A stretch of 36,297 bases of DNA, from positions 1 to 36,297 of IMG/VR virus record IMGVR_UViG_3300044606_000119; one strand, given 5' to 3'. The DNA comes from a virus. Its lineage: Duplodnaviria > Caudoviricetes. Positions within the stretch are counted from its first letter, which is position 1; each line of letters opens with the position of its first letter. The notes beneath the pieces are model-generated. The model was not told the origin of the DNA and did not search any database. It worked only from the letters and a program-made list of their open reading frames with translations. The translations under genes were made by a program, and so were the position numbers. Shown here piece after piece: positions 6,699 through 15,800 of this stretch.

Positions 6699-7793
6699 AT
6701 GGCCCGTTACAAAGTAGAGCGCTGCCGCGCCTGCGGCTACCGTCATAACGAACCAAAGCCCGGCAAAGTCAACAAGCCATGCCCGCGCTGCGGTACAGAA
6801 ATGTACTACTCAAAGAACTGGTACATCAGCTACCAGACCGAAGGCGTGAAGTACGTCGAAGCGGTCTCCCCGCGTGCCATGGATGCGGACGATGCCGTCT
6901 CCAAGCGCAAAGTGCAGATCCGCGAGAACCGCTTTTTCGACATCAAAGCTGATATACCTTGGCATAGCGCCGTCGAAAAACTCCGGAGCACATACAACCG
7001 CATCAAGAGCGCCACATGCCGCATGTATGAAAACAGCATTGCCCAGCTGGAAGCGCATGGCTTCAAGCGTTATCGCCTTACGGACCCCGACTTCCCCGAC
7101 CGGATCGCCGACTTCATCAGCCACCGGCAAAACCACGTAACAAACGCCAGCATCAACCGCGACCTTGCCACCCTCAAACGCATGGCAAAGCTCTGCAAAC
7201 TCTACGACCTGTTCAACGAAATCCGCATGCTCCCCGAGAACAACGAGCGCATACGGTACCTCACGGAAGCCGAGCAGGCAGCGCTGCTGCAGGCATGTGA
7301 AAGCCCGCAGATGCGCATGGCCGTGCTCATCGCGCTCAACACCGGATTGCGCGCCGACGGCGTATATAAAATGATGTGGGAGCACATCGATTTCCAAACC
7401 ATGACGATCACGCGCCAGGTCAAGCGCGACAAGCAGATCAACATACCGCTGACACCGCAGCTTGCCCACGAACTCAAGGAATATCGCAAACAGAGCATCC
7501 TGTCAAAATACGTCTTTCCCAGCCCCGTGAAAAGCGGCGAATCCATCCGGAGCGACAACCGGCGAGGCTTCAAAAACGCCTGCACCCGAGCGGGCATAAC
7601 CGACTTTCGCTTTCACGACCTCCGCCATACCTTTGCCACATGGTTTTTGTACCGCACCCGCGACAAGCGGGCCCTGCAGGAAATACTCGGCCATAGCGAC
7701 AGCCGCATGACCGACCGCTACGCACATATCCTCGACGAACACAAACGCGAAGCCATGCAGAAATTCGCAGACGCTGCGGCAGGAAATACATGA
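6699..7793 (+). CDS. int: Tyrosine integrase with N-terminal zinc ribbon
   Basis: Catalytic TGLR, HDLRH, LGH and RY motifs; N-terminal CRAC...CPRC; AAGGAG SD. Confidence 0.96.
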   Translation: MARYKVERCRACGYRHNEPKPGKVNKPCPRCGTEMYYSKNWYISYQTEGVKYVEAVSPRAMDADDAVSKRKVQIRENRFFDIKADIPWHSAVEKLRSTYNRIKSATCRMYENSIAQLEAHGFKRYRLTDPDFPDRIADFISHRQNHVTNASINRDLATLKRMAKLCKLYDLFNEIRMLPENNERIRYLTEAEQAALLQACESPQMRMAVLIALNTGLRADGVYKMMWEHIDFQTMTITRQVKRDKQINIPLTPQLAHELKEYRKQSILSKYVFPSPVKSGESIRSDNRRGFKNACTRAGITDFRFHDLRHTFATWFLYRTRDKRALQEILGHSDSRMTDRYAHILDEHKREAMQKFADAAAGNT

Positions 7794-7817
7794 TCCTGCC
7801 TGCTTTATCAGGCGCGA

Positions 7818-8090
7818 TTTTGCTGACCGTTTGCTGACCGCCTGCTGACCGCTGCACCTCGTAACATATTGATTTATAAGACATCAAAACAGCAAGCAAG
7901 AAAATAACAATCTATTAGCAAGCTATTACAAATCAATAAGTTACCATCATTTTTCACAAAAAACCGTATTTTTTTTGCCTGATTCGTAATCATCCGAAAT
8001 GCTGCTATAAGTTACTGAATAATAACGATAATTATGATGATGAAATGTTTTGCTGACCGCTTTGCTGACTGCTTTGCGGTTTGCTGACGA
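7818..8090. mobile_element. attP site (arm repeats, IHF sites, core)
   Basis: TGCTGAC direct repeats at 7821, 7832, 7843 and 8051, 8063, 8082. Perfect IHF consensus at 7862-7874 (minus) and 7931-7943; weaker match at 8008-8020. Central TGA-TTCGTAA-TCA at 7980-7992. Directly downstream of int. Confidence 0.85.
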
Positions 8091-8091
8091 T

Positions 8092-8167
8092 GCCGAAGTA
8101 GCTCAGCTGGTAGAGCAGCTCACTCGTAATGAGCAGGTCGACGGTTCAAATCCGTTCTTCGGCTCCA
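8092..8167 (+). tRNA. tRNA-Thr(CGT), complete with encoded CCA
   Basis: Acceptor GCCGAAG/CTTCGGC; D arm GCTC/GAGC; anticodon arm GCTCA-CTCGTAA-TGAGC; T arm GACGG-TTCAAAT-CCGTT; 76 nt. Confidence 0.97.
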
Positions 8168-8173
8168 CTGCAC

Positions 8174-8203
8174 AAAAAAGGCAGGTCCTCGTGACCTGCC
8201 TTT
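8174..8203 (-). terminator. Intrinsic terminator of the lysis/late transcript (possibly bidirectional)
   Basis: AAAGGCAGGTC-CTCGT-GACCTGCCTTT hairpin; T6 tail on the minus strand; lies between the convergent tRNA and lysis genes. Confidence 0.85.
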
Positions 8204-8223
8204 GCTGTCTGGTGGATCAGGGC

Positions 8224-8424
8224 CTATCGCATTGCATCAATCGCCCGTGCACGATCAGCCTCTGCAATGATCTCGTCACTTGGCCGGAGCCTGCATGCTT
8301 GCAGCCGTTTGATTTCGTCGCTGATATCCTGCGGCTCGCCGCTTCTGATGACGCTGAAAATCTTCATGCCGAGATCGAGCACGACGGGCGCGAGCTGGAG
8401 CGCTGCCGTAACATTCAGTATCAT
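8224..8424 (-). CDS. Small lysis-cassette protein (66 aa)
   Basis: GGAGG SD; ATGA coupling; last gene before the terminator. Confidence 0.7.
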   Translation of the reverse strand: MILNVTAALQLAPVVLDLGMKIFSVIRSGEPQDISDEIKRLQACRLRPSDEIIAEADRARAIDAMR

Positions 8425-9068
8425 TGAACACCTCCGAATCCGAGATTTATGTTAAATGCTGCAGCAACATCCATGAGGTCTTTCAGCATGATCGGCAGAT
8501 TTTTCAGTGCAGCGTCATACTGCAGCTTCACATCGGCATTATACGATTTCAGCAAAGAGAGCCGCGTGTCGATCACGATATTCTGGCACGCCCGATACTG
8601 GTCGTAGGATCGCTTGATCTTCTGGAAATCGGCATCACTGAGCTTGCCCGCATTCTGCATGACCCTTGCCTCATACAGTATAGCCTCTGCGGTCACCTTG
8701 CCGATCTCATACGGCTGAGTATTCTGAGCAGTGGCGCAGCCAGCCAGCAGACCGAGCGTAATGCAAAAGATCAGTATTGCGGCGGTACCTTTTCCCGCAA
8801 CCTTTTTCAGCAACCCGTACAGCAGCTGAAAGAGACTATTCGCCTTGACCGCCGGAATCAACGCGAGCGCTTCGGAGATCGCAAACAGCGCCGCAAATAT
8901 CGCCGCGACAACAGCCGTCTGCTGCGGAGTGAGGCCAAAGAGCATGCAGAGCGCGCCGATATCCACACCGTACAGATCAGCAGCAAACGCCATGCTGGCC
9001 GCTACCAGTAACGACAGCAGCATAAAGATCATCATGCACACCATATCCACTGCTTTTTGACTCTTCAC
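8421..9068 (-). CDS. Membrane protein: signal peptide, holin-like segment, internal lipobox (spanin-like)
   Basis: AAGGAGG SD and GTG start overlapping the upstream TGA; AFA|AD cleavage site; LFAISEALALIPAVKANSLFQL segment; LLAG|C lipobox near residue 111. Confidence 0.7.
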   Translation of the reverse strand: MKSQKAVDMVCMMIFMLLSLLVAASMAFAADLYGVDIGALCMLFGLTPQQTAVVAAIFAALFAISEALALIPAVKANSLFQLLYGLLKKVAGKGTAAILIFCITLGLLAGCATAQNTQPYEIGKVTAEAILYEARVMQNAGKLSDADFQKIKRSYDQYRACQNIVIDTRLSLLKSYNADVKLQYDAALKNLPIMLKDLMDVAAAFNINLGFGGVQ

Positions 9069-9316
9069 ATCTTCCTCCTTTGCAGTCCGATCGGACCATG
9101 ATTCTGTTCGTGTTGTGCTTCCAGTTTTGCCAGACGTTCGGCATGCTCGTTGCGCGATTCGTACAGATTGCATACGTCCGTTTCGAGTTTCTGAAAATAC
9201 TTGACTGCCATTTTCGTGACGGCAATCACGCACACCCCGAGAATAGTCAGCACGCTGCTTATGATGAGCATGAGCACGTCGGAGTGTTCGGCCATTGACG
9301 TTACCTGCACCTTCAC
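9065..9316 (-). CDS. Putative holin / single-TM coiled-coil lysis protein
   Basis: One TM (LMLIISSVLTILGVCVIAV) plus a coiled coil; directly after the endolysin; start 9316 or 9295. Confidence 0.6.
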   Translation of the reverse strand: MKVQVTSMAEHSDVLMLIISSVLTILGVCVIAVTKMAVKYFQKLETDVCNLYESRNEHAERLAKLEAQHEQNHGPIGLQRRKM

Positions 9317-9789
9317 CTCCCGTTATCACCGGTATTTTGCGGAGCCAGCTGCAAATGCGGCAGATCAGGATTGCGGAAATGCCGACCCGACACCAGACCG
9401 AGCCGCTCGCCGATCATGGCGCATTCAACGTAATCAGGAATCTGGTCTTCATCAATATCCGCTTTTGCGTTGGTAATGTACTTGCCGTTATGGATGATGC
9501 CGAAATCGAAGGCATGGCTGCGGCCGTGACGGTCGGGAAAGTGCAGGCTGTTCATGGTCCACGTGACGCATCGGCGGTTTTCCTCTGCCGTAATCGGAGC
9601 CATCTTTGCTGCTTTCCGGAGCGCGTTCACCAGAGGGAGCGGATCGCGCCCCTGCGCAAAGAGCGCCCGCTGCTCATCAATCGTCGTATCGGTACGGGTA
9701 ATGATGACGTTATGGCCCGCCGCAGCGCACCCGGCAAGAAATCGCTCGATCAGCTCCGGATACAGAAACTTGTTCGGATCGCGCCCCAT
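9313..9789 (-). CDS. Endolysin, M15-family L-Ala-D-Glu peptidase-like
   Basis: EQRALFAQGR, SLH, HAFD and DLPHLQ zinc-peptidase motifs; AAGGAG SD. Confidence 0.88.
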   Translation of the reverse strand: MGRDPNKFLYPELIERFLAGCAAAGHNVIITRTDTTIDEQRALFAQGRDPLPLVNALRKAAKMAPITAEENRRCVTWTMNSLHFPDRHGRSHAFDFGIIHNGKYITNAKADIDEDQIPDYVECAMIGERLGLVSGRHFRNPDLPHLQLAPQNTGDNGR

Positions 9790-9806
9790 AGTACAATCTC
9801 CTTTAT

Positions 9807-9855
9807 AGAAATAAACAATCTAATAGATTGTATCACTATCACCGCGCAAAGTCCA
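9807..9855 (-). promoter_or_regulatory. Lysis-cassette promoter with overlapping operator
   Basis: TGGACT-17 bp-TACAAT with extended TG; palindrome ACAATCTA-A-TAGATTGT at 9815-9831. Confidence 0.6.
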
Positions 9856-12800
9856 TGATGTCGAGATACTGCGGCCTGACCATGGTCGGTGTCTGCATGA
9901 TCATCCGGATATCCTGCGGTACGACTTTGTTGATCAGCTCGCGTTCAATCATCTGGCTATCAATCACCACGCCATTGTCGGCAGCCTTGGCAATACTGGT
10001 TGCCAGTCGGTCAGGATCACCCTGCATCAGCGCATCGATGATTCCGTCAACCGCCTGTTTGGTCTTGTCCTGATACTGCCTGGTGTAATACTGCCGCACC
10101 TGCTCAACATCGGCGAGCTTGGCTTCCTGCAGCGGCCTGAACCCGGTCCCCTTGGCGATCACATCAGACATCGTTGCATGATACTTCATCCGTTCGCGCC
10201 GGAGCGGATCAGCAACGTCCATGTTGTTCAGGGCCGTCTCGATCGCCGTCAGAATGTTGCCGACTGATGGTGTCAGTGACCGCACCAGTTCAGTCCTGTC
10301 GGCTCCTTTTTCGAGCACCTTTTTTGCCTGCAGCACGGTGCCGATCGTCGGACCGAGCAGGTCTGACGGACGCTTCGGCAGGATATCGCCGGTCCCGGTA
10401 CGCTTTGAAATATCCACACCCACCTGCGAACCCACCCCGTACAGAACGATCTCAGCCACGCGTTTCCGCGCACCGTCAGCGCCAGCCCATTGCATGAGAG
10501 AACCTTTCACTTCCAACAGCGGGTCCTTCCCGGTCAGCCATTCGATAAACTCGGCAAGCCCCTCAACCAGCGGAATTCCCATGACACCGGCAATCAACAG
10601 AACCGGCACCCAGAACTTGATATGCTCGGCCCCTTTCAGTCCCATGATCGCTTCGATCTGCTTAATGGCATACGGCTTGAATTGCCCCAGCAGACGGCCT
10701 GCCGGATTGCGAAAGATGCGGGCTGTATCGGCCACCGAGTAATTGAACTGCGTTTCATCGACCATGCGCCGCGCATACTGCCGCGCCTGCCGCTCAGCAT
10801 ACCCGAGTCCCGTGCGCGCATAGCGGTATGCGGCAAGTGCGGTAACAACCCGGTTCGCCCGCTCCGCTGCCTGAAAGAAGACCATCGAAGCTTGCACTGC
10901 CATGCCGCCCTTGTGTGCCATCGAATACCCGCCGGTATCACCCAGCCCCAGATCATACGGCACGCCGATCCGCCGGAGCACCGCACGGTCAGCGTCAGTC
11001 AGGTGCATGGCACGCTGCAGCGCCCATGCAAAATGCTCAGCCGGCAGCTTGGCGAAGGTATTCACCAGCTGCGTCAGGTTCACCACGCCGGCAGACAGGT
11101 TGAACAGGCCCAGCTTCATCACACCGGTCAAGTGCAGCAGCTTGTTCACCGTCCAGATCGTCGGCCGCTCAGTACGGACAAACGCGCCGAGATACCGCTT
11201 CATCGAGGCATCGATCAAGTCCTCCACCATTCCGGGAGCGCCATTCAGATCATTGATATATTCCTGCACATACCGGGCAATGTTCCTGTCCCGGAGCGCC
11301 TGATCCCCGCGCCCCAGCTCCACCCCGAAATCCTTTTCAAACTTTGGCACAACCCGCGCCTTGAAATCGTCCAGCGCCAGATACCGGGCAGTGGAATCGT
11401 AGTAATGTTTCAGGATATCGTGCAGATCGTCCCGGACAAAGCCGCTCTGCCCCGAGCGTTTCATTGCCGGTCCGAACATGCGCCGTCTTGATTTACGCCG
11501 CGCCACATCGTTCACCAGATCAAACGCCTGATCCCTATTTAGCGTAAATGCGTTTTCCACCTTCTCCACCAGCTTGAAGTAACTGGCATCCTTCAGAATC
11601 GTGCGCTGAATCACCTCATCCGGCAACCGGAACGTCTTCGGCTGTATCCGATACTGTTGCGCCGGATTCAGCGCATTGGCGAAGCTGACCGCTTCGCGCA
11701 GACTCCTGAATGTACCCGCAATACCCGCATTGTTTCCCTGAGCATCCACCTCGTACACATTCCAGTTTTCAAACAGATGCGGCACATGGCCCTCGCGTTT
11801 ACCCATTGCGCCGCCATATGCCTTCCGGTGCGCGCTCAGCATGCGCCATACCTGATTATGGAACGTCCGCCATGTCCCATATGCCTGCTGCACCGGAGCG
11901 CTCACCCCCATCTGCTGCAGCTCCGCCGGGCTGAATTCCTTGCCGAGCGCATCGCCCTCAAATGCGAGCGCAGTCAATTCCTCCATCAGCTCCCGGCGCC
12001 GGATCGGCCCAAATATCTCCTTCAGCTTGTCATGCGCGAGCGCACGCAGACGGTCCTGCTTGAGCACCGCGTTTTTGCCGTGCACCACATAATACCTTGC
12101 CGGTCCCTCGATGCGGCCCGGCGATGCCAGCAGCGACTTGACAAAGCCCAGATCATGCGGCCGGTTCTGCACTGCGACATTGGCAGCGGCCTTCGGATTG
12201 ATCGATCTGAGCAGCCGCACCGCAGCATCATAGAGCTGCGACATCCCCATAAAATCGAGCGTCACCACCGATGATCCGCCCCGGCTCCGCTCCGGCATCA
12301 TCACATCGGTCACCGGCCGGTGCTTCGTCAGTCGTTCAAATACGGCAGGAGCCTCATCGCCGGCCGGCACAAACCAGCGCGTTTCGTACTGCACCCGTTC
12401 GCTGAACAGGCCGGCGCGCTGCAGCTCCGCCGCATACGGATACAGACTTTCGCTGGCGATCAGCTCCACGCGGCGCTCGCCAGCCACACGGGCCCGGCGC
12501 ACCTTCCAGCCGTTAGCCAGCATGATCGTAGCGCCATCGTCAAGAATCATCCGTATGGCATTGTCCGGAGACACCGCTTCTTTCGTGCGGTTTGCCCCGA
12601 GCCGCCGGAGCGTTTCATCGATCACCCGGTTGGGGATTTCCCGGCCGATCAACCTGCGGCCGTCATCCGTCTGCACCCGCACCACGCGGGTCCGTCCTGC
12701 AGACAGCCGATCCCAGATCGGCAGCAACGCGCCGATTATCAGATGCACCCGCTCGCTCCGGTATTGCGGCACATCGGCGGATGCCTTTTCCCAGAGCGCT

Positions 12801-15800
12801 TCGGCATCATGCAGCGCAACCGGCTCCCAGCCGTCCTGCTCCAGACGGTAATCAGGCATAACCTGTTCGCGCCCCTTTTCCGGCCCGACCAGCTTGACCT
12901 CGCCCGTGACGAGTCCATACTCATCCGTTCTGCTGCCATAATCCCGCACCGCCCAGATGCGGCCGCTCTTGCGGTTACGATAGAACCCCCTGAATTTGAC
13001 CATGTTCGCAGCATCAGTGAAGGAAACGAGCTTGTTCTTGTGCTTGACCTCCAGCTGCACATAGCTGGTAACCGCTCCGGTTTCCGGCTGCGTATAAACC
13101 GGCTTTTCCTCGACAATGGACACCGCATCGGCCTTCAGGTTTTCCATGCCGATATCCAGCTCTCCTGTAGCGATCGCCAGCTCCACATTTTTTTCGAGAC
13201 GTTCGTAAAATTCGTTGAATACATGGTTCTGCACATCGATCTGCAGCGACAACAGGCGGTTCAGAAACTGCGGCACATCCGGCAGTTTAGTGCTGTTGAG
13301 ATTACCGTTCCGGTCGATCATGCCGTCCAGTCCCATCATCCGCATGGTGGAGGCCAAATCCAGCCCGGCAATAGCATGGTTATGCAGATCACGGATGAAC
13401 TGCTCAATCGCATCGTTTGCGTATACACTTTCGAGATTGTCCTTTTCGCTGAAGAGTCCCTGCGCCCCCGCGTCGCGCTGTCCGCGCGTCATTGCCCCGA
13501 GCTGATTCAGCCGCCGGGCGATCGACGAGAGAAAGCGCCGCTGCCCCTGCAGATCGGTCGTCACCAGCACATAATGCGGAGCCTGCGCCTGATTCGTCCG
13601 GTGCGTGCGGCCGAACCCCTGCACCGCCTTGTCGGCGCGCCACCCCGGCTGGATCAGATAATGAATGCGCTTGCGCCGGTTCTGGACCGTATTATCAGCG
13701 TGGAAACTGCGGCCGGTACTGCCGGCATCAGAAAAGACAAGGATACGCCGCTTGTCCTGCTGAAACTCTGCGGCTTCCTTTCCTGCGACGTGAGCGCTCC
13801 GGCGCTCCACAACCGTCTTGGTTTTGCCGCTCTCATCGGTCACGCGCACAATACGCTGCGTGCGGCCTGTTACTTCCGCTACCTGCTCGGACCCGAAATA
13901 GCCCAGAATATACTCAAGCGGCCCATCCGGCACCTTGAGACTGCCGAGCTGGTCGAGCAGCCGCTCCCGCATGGCAATCGCCTCAGCGCTCTGCACCGGA
14001 TTGCCATTGGAATCCTCTGCCGGCACAAAGCGCACCTCGCCGTCCGGTCCCATCACTTCCTGATAGACTTGCGTAGGAAATGCGTGTTCCAGGTACTGCA
14101 TCAGCGCCTCGCGCGGAGTCAGGTCGAGGTCCTCAAGATCGCCATCCTCATCCTTCACCTTTGCGTGCTGCCGTTTCTGCGTTGCCTCATTGGTATTGAC
14201 CAGCTGCAGCACGACCGCGTGGCCCGCATCGAGGTTCCGCTGGATATCCGACAGCACCGACGGCATCTGCATGGACGTAATGATCTGATTGAAAAACCGC
14301 TGATGCGCACCCCAGAACTGCGCCAGTGCCGCGCTCTTGGCCTTACTGTTTGAGCCCTGATTGGTCACCTGCAGCGCTTCATGGATGTTCTGCAGCACGA
14401 TCTGCCATGCCTCAGCAAGAGTATCGTAGATCGCCCGTTGCTCCGGTGTGAGCGCATGCTCAAGGCGGCCATAGGTAACATCATCGTAGGACAGTGACCG
14501 GGCATCATACACACCCATCGCCTTCATGTCGCGCGCCACCACTTCCATCGCAGCCAGCCCGCCAGAGGCGATCTTGTCGATAAAGTCCCGCTTGTTTGCA
14601 AATGCAGTGCCTTCACCCCAGAGCCCGAGCCGGTCAGCATACGCCAGATTGCGCACTTCAGTCGCACCGGTAGCGCTCACATAGACTACGCGGGCATTCG
14701 GCACCCGCCGCTGCAGCTCCATGCCTGCCAGCGCCTGCAGCGACGGCTTGGTCGATCCGCGTTTGCCCCGCATCGAGATGGCATTCTGCATATTATGGGC
14801 TTCGTCAAAGACCAGCACCCCGTCGAAATCATCGCCCAGCCATTGAATCAGCTGCTCCAGACGCGACTGCTTCGCGCCTTTTTTCTGCGCAAGCGCAGAG
14901 CCGGTATTGTTCGCTTCCGATCCGGTCGATATGAGCTTGTACGTGGTGAAGATGATGCCGTCCGTGGCCGCAATGTCCATACCGGCCTTGGTTTTGGCCT
15001 GCGGTACCAGCTTCTCAGGATCACCGCCGATATCCTTCCAGTCGCGCACCGCATCCATCACCAGCGCCTGACGCTCGGACACCCAGACCGCTTTTTTTCT
15101 GCCCTGATTGAAATTGTCGAGAATGATGCCGGATATCTCCCGGCCCTTGCCCACGCCGGTACCATCGCCGATAAAATATCCTTTACGCGTTCCGTCCGGC
15201 AGCGTCTGCTGGTGCGCCTGCCCGGCGTAGACAATCGCCTCCAGCTGCGCATCCGAAAACGCACCGCGCTCGATCAGTTTCCGGGAAAGGGTAGGGATAT
15301 AGGCAGGTGTCGGCGGTTCAACCGAAGCCATGGCCGCGCTCTGCACGAGCTTGCCGGGATGGGTCTTGGCTCCGGGTATTCTGACCTTTGCCGGCCGGTA
15401 CGTCTCAAATATGGCATCCGTCAGCTCGCCGGCGGCAGCCTTCGGATGTCCGGCAGCAATCTCAACCGTTATGCCCGGTTCGGGCTCTAGCCCTCCAGCT
15501 GCATCTCCCGGTAATCCGTCAGCAGGCGGTCGATCGACATCACTGCGTGCAGCTGTTCGGTCAACAGGCTCGCCGCTTCCTGCGGGCTGCGCTTGCGGAG
15601 ATCGCCCGCCACCACGTCCGGACCGTCGCCGCTGCGTTCCTCCGGCGGCCCCATCAGCAGGTAATCCAGCACCGCCTGCTGATCCTCCTCCTGCTGCAGC
15701 ACGTACAGGAAGTCCTCCATCATCCGCCGCTGATACCGGAAGTACGGTTCGTAATCCGTCCGCTCCAGATTCCACTGAATCAGCTGCAGCACGTACAGGC

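Noticed and set aside
8050-8427. 125-aa plus-strand ORF
   Set aside because: Runs across the att arm repeats, the tRNA and the terminator.
9069-9329. N-terminal extension of ORF 8421..9329
   Set aside because: Overlaps the holin-like gene; the strong SD and GTGA coupling place the start at 9068.
12320-14353. 677-aa plus-strand ORF and other long antisense ORFs (10490..11491, 16196..17203, 22711..24033 and similar)
   Set aside because: Antisense shadows of GC3-rich genes; no SD, no motifs, atypical composition.
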